The notes beneath the pieces were generated by a model that saw nothing but the letters and a program-made list of their open reading frames with translations, did not search any database and was not told the origin of the DNA. From the NCBI GenBank assembly GCA_963808235.1, contig CAWEEQ010000004.1:576001-640000 (forward strand): a stretch of DNA of 64,000 nt, written 5' to 3'. Source of the stretch: an uncultured delta proteobacterium. GTDB taxonomy: Bacteria > Desulfobacterota > Binatia > Binatales > Binataceae. Positions 28,810 through 39,575 of the stretch are shown piece after piece (within the stretch, counting starts at the first letter, position 1; each line of letters opens with the position of its first letter). The position numbers and the translations under genes were made by a program.

Positions 28810-29472
28810 CGAATATCGAACGGCGCGCGGTGTCCGAACTAGATCGGGACCGCGTTTCTGCTCGCCGCGGTGGTCGGCTCGGGAATAATGGGCGAGCGGC
28901 TCGCGGGCGGCAATGTCGCGATCGCGTTGCTCGCCAACACGCTCGCCACAGGCGCCGCGCTGGTCGCGTTGATTCTTACCTTCGGACCAATTTCCGGCGC
29001 GCATCTGAATCCCGCGGTCACGCTCGCCGAAGCGTGGCAGGGCGATTTCCAATGGCGCGACGTTCCGATTTACCTGCTCGCGCAAATAGCCGGCGCGTTC
29101 GGCGGCGTCGCGGCGGCGCATCTGATGTTCACGGCGCCGCTCTTCTTCGCGTCGCGGCATGAGCGTTCCGGCGCCGCGCAGATGTTCAGCGAGTTCATTG
29201 CGACGTTTGGATTGATCGCGGTTATCCGCGGATGCGGCCGGATGCGCCCCGCTCACGTCGCGTATGCTGTCGGCGCATATATCGCCGCGGCGTACTGGTT
29301 CACCGCCTCGACCTCATTTGCAAATCCGGCGGTCACGCTGGCGCGCTCGGCGAGCGATACGTTTGCCGGAATCCGCCCCGCCGACGTTCCCGGTTTTATC
29401 GTCGCGCAACTGGCCGGCACATTTGCCGCCGCACTCCTCTTCCGATGGCTACTGCGGACTGAGCTGGATTGA
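28810..29472 (+). CDS. MIP/aquaglyceroporin of the AqpS type, frameshift near 28841; start uncertain
   Basis: [10 protein letters not shown] and TSFANPAVT; [10 protein letters not shown]|[16 protein letters not shown] spans the shift. Confidence 0.82.
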
Positions 29473-29505
29473 TGTTACCTGATCAATCTTGGCCAGAGGG
29501 CGCGG

Positions 29506-30744
29506 CTAGCCATTTTCTTCTGGGCCGGTTTCCCGTTTCAGCAGCATAGCGTTCGACGGAACCGATTCGCCCTTGAGCTTGCGCGCGGTGTCTATTCCGG
29601 CCACCGGCAGCCCCTTCGGATCGAGCACTCCCAGTTGCGCAAGCATCGACGCCTGATCCCAGTAGATATGCTCGCTGCGAAGCTTGTCGCCGCGAAACTC
29701 GATTATCACGACCAGCGGGACCTCGACATATTTGCCGGTCGGCGCGATGCCGGGCGCCATGAAATCGATCTCGCGATCATGGGTGAAGCAGAACAGCACT
29801 TCGTCGACCACGCGGTCGGGACCAAGCGTGCGCGAGACCGGTACGATGCGCGTGTCCTTCGGCAGACGCGGAATGAAGTGGTTTTTGTAGAAGCGATGGA
29901 GTTCCTCGAAGCCGTATCCGCCGGTCATGGTCGGGATATGATTGACGTAGGCGTCGGAGGTCATCGTCGCCATAGTGGCGTCGGGGTCGCGATCGTTGAA
30001 CTCCTGCGCGGTGTGATTGTCCCACAGCGCGCTCAAATCGTACCGGGGGCCGAGCGCGCGCCTGAAAAGTCCGATCGAGCGCGAGCGCGCAAGCTGCGCG
30101 ACGAACGGATTGAACGACTCCCGCCGATCGTTATTGAAGGCGTGACCCGCGTCCGCGTAAAGGTGAAACTCGGCGTCCTCGTGCGCGCTGAACGCGGCGC
30201 GAATCTTCGCGCGCGAATCGGGCGGCACCGCGCCATCTTTGCCGCCGAAGTGGAACATGATCGGGCATCGGACTGATTTCGCTTCGTCAAGAAATGGTTC
30301 CATCCGGGTGCCGTAGTAGCTGACCGCCGCGTCGATACCGAGCCGCGCCGCCGCCAGGAACGCAAGGCGCCCGCCCATGCAGTATCCGATCGCGCCGACC
30401 TTGCCCTTGCACGCCGGCTCGGATTTAAGCGCCGCGATCGCCGCGCCGATATCTCTGACTCCCAACTCGCCGTCGAAACGATTGCCGTAGTCGCGCGCCG
30501 TCTGCACGTCCTCGGGGCCGAAGCCAAGCTCGACGCCCGGTTTGAGCCGCCAAAACAGGTCGGGCGCGAGCGTGACGTAGCCCTCATCGGCCCATCGATC
30601 GACGACCGCGCGGATGTGTCCGTTGACCCCGAAGATTTCCTGCAGCACGACCATCCCGGGCCCCGAGCCGCTCGCAGGCAACGCAAGGTAGCCGCCGAAA
30701 GTCCCGCCGTCATGGGATTTGATCGCGATCGTCTTGCCAGTCAT
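29506..30744 (-). CDS. Dienelactone hydrolase fused to a SnoaL-like domain
   Basis: QEIFGVN, GYCMGG, HAF; C-half YVNHIPTMTGG, EHIYWDQAS. Confidence 0.88.
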   Translation of the reverse strand: MTGKTIAIKSHDGGTFGGYLALPASGSGPGMVVLQEIFGVNGHIRAVVDRWADEGYVTLAPDLFWRLKPGVELGFGPEDVQTARDYGNRFDGELGVRDIGAAIAALKSEPACKGKVGAIGYCMGGRLAFLAAARLGIDAAVSYYGTRMEPFLDEAKSVRCPIMFHFGGKDGAVPPDSRAKIRAAFSAHEDAEFHLYADAGHAFNNDRRESFNPFVAQLARSRSIGLFRRALGPRYDLSALWDNHTAQEFNDRDPDATMATMTSDAYVNHIPTMTGGYGFEELHRFYKNHFIPRLPKDTRIVPVSRTLGPDRVVDEVLFCFTHDREIDFMAPGIAPTGKYVEVPLVVIIEFRGDKLRSEHIYWDQASMLAQLGVLDPKGLPVAGIDTARKLKGESVPSNAMLLKRETGPEENG

Positions 30745-31113
30745 CAGATTTAAACCTCGCGACTGAAGCCGTTTATTGGGGCCCATCCCATATAGCACCG
30801 CAGAGCCACTGTGCGAGAGCCATAGAACGACTGTGGCGAAATGCGACAGTTGTCGTATGACTCCGGCACATCGAGTGTAGCTCGGGCAGTCATAGCCAAC
30901 CGCGGGCGCATCGAGGCTGAATACGCGCCACCCTTGGTTCCGCGCGGTGATCGAGAATTATCTGCCTTTTGCAGCATAAATCACTCAAAAGAGGGTTTTG
31001 CAGGCAGTGAGAAGTAATCATCCGTTAATCATCTTCAAACGGTGTAATACTTGCTCTAGTTAGCTTTACGACGCGCGGCTTTAGCATACGATAGGCGCAT
31101 CGGGAGGCATTGA

Positions 31114-32937
31114 TTGAAAGACCATCGCAAGACCGCATTCAGACCGCCTGCGCTACTGAGCTTGATAGTCGGGGCAGCAATCGCGCTCGGGGCTGGCACG
31201 TCGTGGACGCCCCGGCTCGTGACGTTGGCGCATGCGCAGACTCCGCCGCCGGCAGCAGTGCAGATAGCTGGCGTGCAGTCGGTCGCGGGCAGCCACGCGC
31301 TCGTGAACTTTTCCGATCTGGCGGCCATCGGTGCCCAGGCGCGAGGCGCGGAACATCGCGCGCCGGTTGCGATCCATCGGCCGCTCAGGGGCCATCCTGG
31401 CGAAGTTCTGGAGACCGACGAAGGCGAAGGCTTCCGCGCCGATGCCGACGCTGCCACGACTGCCGGCGCCGAAGACCAAATCGCGCGCCGCCGTCGCCAT
31501 CGCGTTCGCAACGCGAACTTCGCCGGACCCGGTGACAACGGTACGGTCACGCCGCCCGACACGCAGGGCACCGTTGGCCCGAACCATCTGATGGTCACGT
31601 TGAACAACAATGTGACGATCGAATCGCGCACCGGAACAATACTTCATACCGTTTCGATCGCAGGATTCTGGTCGAGCCTCGGCAACATCAACGAGGCGTT
31701 CGATCCTCGCGTGCTGTACGATCCTTATGCGGGCCGCTGGATCATCTCGTCGGGCGCAAACGCGGCGGCGCCGTCGGCGTCCATCCTGATCGGAGTCTCC
31801 GCGACCAGCGATCCCACCGGCCTATGGTACCTTTACAAAGTCCCGCTGGGTGGCGAGAGTTGGGCCGACTATCCCACCCTTGGCTTCAACGGCGACTGGA
31901 TCGTCGTGCAGGCGAATATCTTCACGGTCGCCGACACCTCGTTTGTCGCGTCGAACATATATGCATTCAACAAGGCTGACCTGTACGCAGGCGGCGCTGG
32001 CCAATACACCGAGTTCCAGGATCCAACCGGATACACCGACTATCCGGCGGTGACTCACGACAACGCGCTCGCGACCGAATACCTGGTGCGCAACTGGAAC
32101 GGGCCGGCCGGGACGCTGCGCGTCAGCACCATCACCGGTGCGGTCGGATCGGAAGTGCTGACAACGGGCGTTGCGTTCCCGGCGGTGGCGACCGGATGGC
32201 AGGATTATGTTGGCATCACGAACTTCGCGCCGCAGCTCGGCTCGACCTCGGGAATCGACACCGATGACAGCCGGATCGGGAACTGTGTATATCGAAACGG
32301 CTTTCTCTGGGGGGCGCAGACTGCGTATCTGCCGCGCTCGGGCGCCGCGACTCGATCCGCCGCGCAGTGGTGGCAGATAAACACGGCGAGCGGGAGTCTT
32401 GGCGTGGTGCAGCAATTCGGGCGCAGAGACGATGCGCTCGCGCAGTTCGATTACGCGTACCCGACGCTCGACGTCAACGCGGACAACGACATGATGCTTG
32501 GCTACTCGCGATTTGGCGCGTCGCAGTATGCGAGCGCAAACTATTCAATCCGGATGCACAACGATCCGCCGAACACGCTCGAGGCCGACACGGTGTTCAA
32601 GGCTGGCGAGGCGCCGTACTACAAGGACTTCGGCACCGGCGACAATCGATGGGGCGACTACAGCAACGTGGCCGTCGATCCGGTCAACGACATCGATCTG
32701 TGGACGATCCAGGAGTACGCCGGGACCGGCAACAATTGGCAGACCTGGTGGGGAACCGTCTCGTTCAACAAGAGCACGCCGACGGCGACGCCAACCGCGA
32801 CCGCAACGCCAACTCCCACCGCGACGCCGACCGCGACCGGCACCGCGACGCCCACGCCGACTCGCACTCCCACGGTGACGCCGACGCCGGTGTGTCACAA
32901 TCACCATATCCGTCATCATCGCCATCGCCGGTGCTGA
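31114..32937 (+). CDS. Secreted protein with Pro/Thr linker and His/Arg tail
   Basis: Signal peptide; PPDTQGTVGPNH, FDPRVLYD, DYPTLG, RWGDYS; (TP)n; ends CHNHHIRHHRHRRC. Confidence 0.85.
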   Translation: MKDHRKTAFRPPALLSLIVGAAIALGAGTSWTPRLVTLAHAQTPPPAAVQIAGVQSVAGSHALVNFSDLAAIGAQARGAEHRAPVAIHRPLRGHPGEVLETDEGEGFRADADAATTAGAEDQIARRRRHRVRNANFAGPGDNGTVTPPDTQGTVGPNHLMVTLNNNVTIESRTGTILHTVSIAGFWSSLGNINEAFDPRVLYDPYAGRWIISSGANAAAPSASILIGVSATSDPTGLWYLYKVPLGGESWADYPTLGFNGDWIVVQANIFTVADTSFVASNIYAFNKADLYAGGAGQYTEFQDPTGYTDYPAVTHDNALATEYLVRNWNGPAGTLRVSTITGAVGSEVLTTGVAFPAVATGWQDYVGITNFAPQLGSTSGIDTDDSRIGNCVYRNGFLWGAQTAYLPRSGAATRSAAQWWQINTASGSLGVVQQFGRRDDALAQFDYAYPTLDVNADNDMMLGYSRFGASQYASANYSIRMHNDPPNTLEADTVFKAGEAPYYKDFGTGDNRWGDYSNVAVDPVNDIDLWTIQEYAGTGNNWQTWWGTVSFNKSTPTATPTATATPTPTATPTATGTATPTPTRTPTVTPTPVCHNHHIRHHRHRRC

Positions 32938-33008
32938 GTCGGGGCGTGGTAGACCGGGAATGTTCGCGTCAATAGAATCGCTGCCTCAAGGGGTATGGGG
33001 CCGGGAAA

Positions 33009-35437
33009 GTGAGCGGGCGATTATTGCGGCAAGTGGTTCTGATCGCGGCGGTTCTCTCGGTAGTTTCGGCCGCCGCGGGTATCGTTCAGGCGACCAACGA
33101 GTCGCCGCGCGAGCCGTTGGCGCATCGGCGAAGCCATACGCGGCCAGCGGTTTCAGGATGGCCCGGGACTTTCACTTACCGCAACGATAATTTCAGGACC
33201 GGGCAAAATCTCACCGAAACAACGCTGACTCCCGCGACGGTGCAGCCGGGCCTGTTCGGCCTGCTATTTACCGACGCCGTCGACGGGCAGATTTACGCCG
33301 AGCCGCTGTATGTTCCCGCGGTGCCGATGGCCGACGGCACGCACAACGTCGTGTACGTCGCCACCGAGCTCGACAGCGTGTTCGCGTTTGATGCTGACAC
33401 GCCGGGTCCCCCGCTTTGGCAGGATACTTTCACCGATCCGCCGAACATCACGGCGGTGCCGGCGGCGGATACGATGAGCACCGACATCATGCCGTGGGTT
33501 GGAATCACATCGACGCCGGTGATCGACTCATCGACGGATACGCTGTACGTCCTGACCAAGGTGAAGTCGCTGGCGCCGACGACCACGTATCAGGAGCAGC
33601 TTCACGCGCTTGATATCGCGACCGGGCTTGAGAAGCACACTCCGGTCACGATTGCGGCCAGCGTAGCAGGCACCGGGGCGGGCAGCGTCGATGGGGAAAT
33701 CGCGTTCGATCCGCTAACGCAAAACGATCGCGCGGCGCTGACGGTCGCGGGCGGCGTCGTTTATCTCACCTTCGCCTCGCACGGCGACAACGGGCCATAT
33801 CACGGATGGATTCTTGGATACGATGAGAAGACGCTCGCGCAAGTGGTCGTGTACAACGCGAATCCCAATGGCTCTGATGGCGGGATCTGGCAATCGGGAT
33901 GTGGTCCCGGCGTCGACACCAACGGCGATTTAATCGTGATCACCGGCAACGGAACTTTCGAAACCACATGCCGCGCGTTGATTACGGCGATAGTTTTTTG
34001 CGGCTCACGCCCGATTTGGCCGATGATACCCTGACCCTCTCCAGTTTTTTCACGCCGTCCGACGAAGCAACTCTCAACGCCGACGACCTCGACCTGGGAT
34101 CGGGTGGCAACCTTCTGCTGCCCGATCAGCCGGGGACAAATCCTCATCTGATGATCAGCGCCGGCAAACAAGGCAACATTTATGTCGTCAATCGCGACAG
34201 CATGGGCGGATTCAATTCCGGTTCCGATCAAGTGGTGCAGGAACTGAAAAACGCGATCGGCGGTTTGTTCGGCACGGCCGCGTATTGGCAGGGGATGCGA
34301 AAGGGAAAGCTCCAGAACCTGGTGTACGTCGCCGGTTCATCCGATTATCCTAAGATGTTCGTTATTTCCAACGGCCTGCTCCAGACTCCTGCCGCGTCGA
34401 TGGCCGCGAACCCTTACGCGTTCCCACCGCCGTCGCCGGTCATCTCCGCCAACGGCACCAGCGGCGGGATCATGTGGTTCATCGACAGCACGAAATACGG
34501 GGCTCCCGGGCCGCCGTCGGGACCGGCGGTGCTCCATGCGTTCGATGCGACCGATCTCACTAACGAGCTTTACAACAGCAGTATGTCGTCCGCCGACAAT
34601 CCGGGAAACGCTGTAAAGTTCACCGTCCCGACCGTGGCCAATGGAAAAGTTTACTTGGGAACGCAGACCCAACTCGCCGCGTTCGGGCTGCTGCCAACTC
34701 CGACGCCGACCCCGACCGCGACTCCGACTGCGACGGCGACCACTACCGCGACGCCAACGACGACTCCGACTGCAACTCCGAGCGCGACTGCAACCCCGGT
34801 CGCCAACTCGATCGACCTCAAGCCGAAGTTTATTTCTTTTCCGAACGAAGCTATCGCCGATGACGCCGAGACCAGCAACCCGGTCACTGTGACGGTCACC
34901 AATCAGAGCGGAGTCGGGTTCGTTACATTTCTCGCACCCACTATCAGCGGCGGGTTTAAGGTGACGTCCAATGGATGCGTCGGGCAATTGGCGCCCGGAA
35001 AGAGTTGCGAACTCAAGGTCGCTTACACTCCAACCGCGCTGGGTATGCAGCGCGGAAAGCTGCGCATCAACAGCGACGTCCAAGGTGGTCCGCACTCGGT
35101 CAAGCTCAAGGGGATGGGAATCGCGCCGAAAATCAAGATGCGACCGAAGTCGCTCGACTTCGGCCAGGTGCAGGCCGGCACCACGAGTCCCGCGCAGAGC
35201 GTCACGCTGACCAATTCGAGTGCGGTCTCGGTCACGCTCGCGGTGGCTCCTGCAGCGACTCCGCCGTACAACGTAAGCGCGAACACGTGCGATACGCTCC
35301 CGGCGCACGACGGGACTTGCACCATCTCGGTTGAATTCGATCCCGCCAGTCCGGGCGAATTCAAGGGCAGGCTGGAAATCCGCGACGATGGCGCGAAGAG
35401 CCCGCAGCACGTCCAGCTGCAAGGCATCGCAAAGTAG
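33009..35437 (+). CDS. Secreted PQQ-like beta-propeller, PT linker and two ASH/choice-of-anchor-D Ig-like domains; -1 frameshift near 33969
   Basis: YRNDNFRTGQN, GITSTPVID, GGIWQSG, ITGNG | DYGDS, DLDLGSGG, KFTVPTVANGKVY; ORFs 33009 and 33899 join. Confidence 0.85.
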
Positions 35438-35442
35438 CAGCG

Positions 35443-36774
35443 ATGCGGGCCGTTCATCCAGACAGCTCGGCACAGCAGTCAAAACTAGCCGCGTGGGTCC
35501 CGCGGCCGCGCCGCTACCTGGCCGCGATGTTCGCGATGCTGATGTCGGCGACCATTTTCGAGGGCTACGACATCACGATCTTTCATCTCTGCACGCCCGA
35601 GATCGCGCGCACCTTTCATATGAGCGACGCCGGCGTCGGCTTGATGGCGACGATCGTCCGGTTCGGCGGGATGCTCTCTTTCTTCGTGGTAATCCTCGCC
35701 GATCGTTACGGGCGAAAGCCCATCATCTCGATCACAGTGCTCTGCTACACGGTCCTCACACTCTTCACCGCTATTTCGTCGGGAGTCCCGTCGTTTACGA
35801 TCTTCCAGAGCGGGGCGCAGATCTTCCTGGCCGCGGAATTCGGGGTCGCGGTTACGATGATCAGCGAGGAGTTTCCCGACGCACGCCGCGGGCGCGCGAT
35901 CGCGAGTTTGCACATGGTCGCGTTTTTCGGGGTGACCGCCGCCGCGCTTACCTACGCGTTCATGGTGGAGTCGCGATGGGGATGGCGCGGGATGTATATG
36001 CTCGGCATCGCGCCGCTGCTGCTGATCGCATTTCTTAGAAGAGGGTTGAAAGAGACGGCCCGATTCAACGCGCTCGAACGCGCGCGAATCGCAGCGGGAC
36101 GGGCGCGCGCGGAGTTCTGGACCTCGATTCGCAATTGCCTTACGCCATTTGCCGGCCCATATCGCTCGCGCCTGCTGATCGTTGCGGCGTTGTGGAATTC
36201 GATCGGATTGATTGGCGGACCGACGGTCACATATTTCAGCCTCTACACCCGCCGCGACCATCATTGGAAGGCGCATCAGGTCACCGAGGCGGTGATTCTC
36301 GCCTACTTCATGGGCTCGATCGGCAGCATGCTGAGTGGATTCATGATGGATCGGCTCGGGCGCAAATTTACGACCAGTTTTTTCTACGCTATGTCGGCCG
36401 GCGCGATGTACTTTCTCTTCACCAGCGACAGTCATGCGGGGATTCTTGCAGGCGAAGTCGTTACGATGTTCGCGTACCAGGCCGCACGCACCGCGACCTC
36501 GGCAATTTCCACCGAGTTGTTTCCGACCGCGATTCGCGCGACCGGCTACAACCTCTGCGTGCAGGTGATCGGGCAGGTGTGCTGGATGCTCTCGCCGGTC
36601 GTGATCGGTCTGCTCTCGGTGCCGCTCGGCGGACTCGGCAACGCGTCGTCGATCTTCGCGGCCGGTCCGTTCATCGGAATCGTGATCGTGCTGTTCCTGA
36701 TTCCTGAAACGCGCGGCAAGACGCTCGAGGAACTATCGCCGAGCGTCACCGAATTACCTCCAGCGCAGCACTGA
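35443..36774 (+). CDS. MFS transporter
   Basis: ADRYGRK, DRLGRK, ELFPTAIRATG, PETRGKTLEE. Confidence 0.92.
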   Translation: MRAVHPDSSAQQSKLAAWVPRPRRYLAAMFAMLMSATIFEGYDITIFHLCTPEIARTFHMSDAGVGLMATIVRFGGMLSFFVVILADRYGRKPIISITVLCYTVLTLFTAISSGVPSFTIFQSGAQIFLAAEFGVAVTMISEEFPDARRGRAIASLHMVAFFGVTAAALTYAFMVESRWGWRGMYMLGIAPLLLIAFLRRGLKETARFNALERARIAAGRARAEFWTSIRNCLTPFAGPYRSRLLIVAALWNSIGLIGGPTVTYFSLYTRRDHHWKAHQVTEAVILAYFMGSIGSMLSGFMMDRLGRKFTTSFFYAMSAGAMYFLFTSDSHAGILAGEVVTMFAYQAARTATSAISTELFPTAIRATGYNLCVQVIGQVCWMLSPVVIGLLSVPLGGLGNASSIFAAGPFIGIVIVLFLIPETRGKTLEELSPSVTELPPAQH

Positions 36775-36789
36775 GTAGCGTCCGACAAT

Positions 36790-37275
36790 TTAACCTCCGA
36801 GTTGCGTCCGGATTGCCTCCACGATCGCTCCAGGAGCCATCGAGATATCCACGACGATCGCATCGTCGGGCTCCTCCAGCGTGTCGAACTGACTTTGCAA
36901 TAGCGACGGATTCATGAAATGGCCGGTGCGGCCGGCAAGCCGCTCAGCGATCACTTGCTGCGATCCTTTCAGGTAGACAATTCTGACCGCCTCACGATCG
37001 ACGACAATCTCGTCGCGATACGACTGCTTCAACGCAGAGCAAGCGACGACGCCATTTCTGCCCGATGACAGCATCGACTGAACAAGACCGCGAACCGCCC
37101 GCAGCCACGGTGCGCGATCGTCGTCGTTGAGCGGCACACCTGCACGCATCTTACGCTTGCTTTCCTCGGTATGAAGATCGTCGCCGTCGTGAAATTCCCA
37201 TCCGAGCGCCGCGGCGAGCGCCCGCCCGGTCGTCGATTTCCCGGCGCCCGATACTCCCATCACGATTACAACCAT
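36790..37275 (-). CDS. gntK: Gluconokinase (GntK/IdnK)
   Basis: GVSGAGKST, DGDDLH, PLNDDDRAPWL, CSALK, SQFDTLEEP. Confidence 0.9.
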   Translation of the reverse strand: MVVIVMGVSGAGKSTTGRALAAALGWEFHDGDDLHTEESKRKMRAGVPLNDDDRAPWLRAVRGLVQSMLSSGRNGVVACSALKQSYRDEIVVDREAVRIVYLKGSQQVIAERLAGRTGHFMNPSLLQSQFDTLEEPDDAIVVDISMAPGAIVEAIRTQLGG

Positions 37276-37381
37276 CGCAGCGTCCTTTCCTTGACAGTGG
37301 GCGGAGTCGGTCTAACATACAAATGGAGCATCCGATCGCAAATCGCTCGTTCGCTCGCGACGGACAGCCAGGAGGTCGGCA

Positions 37382-38608
37382 ATGGCAGGCGCAACTATCG
37401 GCGAAATCAACGAACCCAACCGCTGGCGACTCGAGACGCCCGGACATTCCGGATGGAAACGGTCAGCGCGTCCCGACGACCCGAACAAGTTTTTGATGAT
37501 CTCGGCGGATTGCCACTGCGTCGAACCGTCGAATCTCTGGGTGGATCGAATCGATCGCAAATATCGCGATCGCCTGCCGCGAATCGAAGTCGACGAGAAC
37601 GGCGTGCGCTGGGCGGTTTCTGAAGGATGGTCGCGCTCGCGATTGCTCGACAACCGTCTCGAAGGCGAGGATCACCGCCGCTCCAAGGCGGGCGCCGATC
37701 CAGTCGAGCGCCTCAAGGATCTCGACCTCGACGGCGTCGATGCCGAAGTAATCTTCCCGAACAAAGGCCTCACGATGTGGGCGACCTCCGACGCCGACTT
37801 CGCGCAGGCGCAATGCCGCATCTACAACGACTGGGCGTGGGAAACATTTTCCAAATACTATGATCGGATGTCGCCGCTCGCCGCGATCGCGACCGCTGAC
37901 TTGCCGGGATCGATCAAGGAGGTCGAGCGCGTCGCGAAACTCGGCTTCCGCGGCCTGACCTTGCCGTGCAAGCCGATCTTCGGCGCTCACGACCCGCGCC
38001 ATCCCAACTACAACTTCGCGATGTTCGATCCGCTGTGGGCAGCGATCCAGGAAACCGGCCTGCCGATCACGTTCCACGTTTCCACCGGCCGCGATCCGCG
38101 CGCGGCGCGCAAGGACGGCGGCGCTGTCATCAACTACGTTTCACATTCGCTTGTGCCGACCATCGAGCCGGTTGCGAATCTATGCGGCTCGGGCGTGCTC
38201 GAACGCTTTCCCGGAATTCGCTTTGGCGCAATCGAGTCCGGCATCGGATGGGTCGCCTGGGCGCTCAATGCGATGGACGAGGCTTACCACAAACATCACA
38301 TGTGGGCGCTGCCGAGACTCAAGATGCTGCCGAGCGAGTATTTTCGCGCGCACGGATTCGCGTCGTTTCAGGAAGATCCGGTCGGCCTCGATCTCGCGCA
38401 GAAATATAATTTGACCGACAATTTCCTATGGGCCAACGACTATCCTCATCACGAGGGCAGTTGGCCGCATTCGGCCGAAGCGATCGAGCGTCAGATGGGA
38501 CATCTGCCGGAGAACGCGCGCGCGAAAATTCTCGGGCTCAACGCCGCGCGTGTGTTCAATTTCGACGTCGACGCGCTGACGAACCGTCCTCGCGCAACGG
38601 CGAATTGA
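37382..38608 (+). CDS. Amidohydrolase_2 family protein
   Basis: ISADCH, ITFH, ESGIGW, WANDYPH. Confidence 0.9.
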   Translation: MAGATIGEINEPNRWRLETPGHSGWKRSARPDDPNKFLMISADCHCVEPSNLWVDRIDRKYRDRLPRIEVDENGVRWAVSEGWSRSRLLDNRLEGEDHRRSKAGADPVERLKDLDLDGVDAEVIFPNKGLTMWATSDADFAQAQCRIYNDWAWETFSKYYDRMSPLAAIATADLPGSIKEVERVAKLGFRGLTLPCKPIFGAHDPRHPNYNFAMFDPLWAAIQETGLPITFHVSTGRDPRAARKDGGAVINYVSHSLVPTIEPVANLCGSGVLERFPGIRFGAIESGIGWVAWALNAMDEAYHKHHMWALPRLKMLPSEYFRAHGFASFQEDPVGLDLAQKYNLTDNFLWANDYPHHEGSWPHSAEAIERQMGHLPENARAKILGLNAARVFNFDVDALTNRPRATAN

Positions 38609-38620
38609 AACGGCTGCTCG

Positions 38621-39481
38621 ATGGAGTGCGCTGATTTTTCGCATCACTACGCCAATCTCAAAGGCGTGCGAATCCATTACGTCACGACAGGGCAGGGCGC
38701 GCCCGTCGTCTTGCTCCACGGATGGCCGCAGACCTGGTACGAGTGGCGGCACATACTGAAGTCGCTCTCCGACAAGTTTGCGTTGGTCGCCCCTGATTTG
38801 CGCGGACTCGGCGATTCCTCACGCCCCAGCTCCGGCTACGATAAGAAAACCGTCGCCAATGACGTTTGGAGTCTCATGCATGATCACCTCGGTCATGCGC
38901 GTTTCGCAGTTGTCGGTCACGATTGGGGCGCGCCGACCGCATTTCGACTCGCCGCTGACCATCCTGCGGAAGTGACGCATCTCGCGATGCTCGATGTTCC
39001 CGTGCCGGGCGATCAGCCCGCCGGTGCCGCGATCGGCGGTTCACCCCGCTGGCATCACACGTTCCATCAGGTCCCCGATTTGCCCGAGGCGCTGACCCAC
39101 GGTCGTGAGCGAACCTATCTCGAATTTTTCTTTATGAACGGATGCGACCAGGCGGGCGCAATCCTCGACGCCGACATCGCGGAATACGTCCGCACCTATT
39201 CGCAGCCCGGCGCGATGCGCGCCGGCTTCAACTTCTACCGCGCGCTCTCGCAGGACGTCGCCGACAATCGCGCGACGCTGGCAACCGGATTCAAACTTCC
39301 GATGCCAACCCTTGGTCTCGGTGGAGGCGGCCCGCGCGGCCGCGGCAACCTGGTCGTCGAGTCGCTCCGCCGCGTCGCAACTCACGCGGAGGGCGGCTCA
39401 ATTCCCGATTGCGGACATTTCATCCCCGAAGAAAAACCCGAAGAGCTAACCCGCATCCTCCGCGAATTCCTCGCGAAGTAA
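38621..39481 (+). CDS. Alpha/beta hydrolase (epoxide hydrolase/dehalogenase type)
   Basis: HGWPQ, PDLRGLGDS, GHDWG, GHFIPEE. Confidence 0.9.
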   Translation: MECADFSHHYANLKGVRIHYVTTGQGAPVVLLHGWPQTWYEWRHILKSLSDKFALVAPDLRGLGDSSRPSSGYDKKTVANDVWSLMHDHLGHARFAVVGHDWGAPTAFRLAADHPAEVTHLAMLDVPVPGDQPAGAAIGGSPRWHHTFHQVPDLPEALTHGRERTYLEFFFMNGCDQAGAILDADIAEYVRTYSQPGAMRAGFNFYRALSQDVADNRATLATGFKLPMPTLGLGGGGPRGRGNLVVESLRRVATHAEGGSIPDCGHFIPEEKPEELTRILREFLAK

Positions 39482-39575
39482 GTGCGAGCCACCTGCACGT
39501 CATCTGAAAGACTTCCGTTCGAATCCGTAGTCTGGTACGCCTCGCTAATGAACGATCGTTCAAGGAGTAGATGCT

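Noticed and set aside
29506-30744. Dienelactone hydrolase-SnoaL fusion as a novelty
   Set aside because: This architecture is, to my knowledge, already common.
32776-32890. Tandem DNA repeats (also near 34700-34800 and 45830-45910)
   Set aside because: Degenerate codons for Pro/Thr/Ala linkers, not independent DNA elements.
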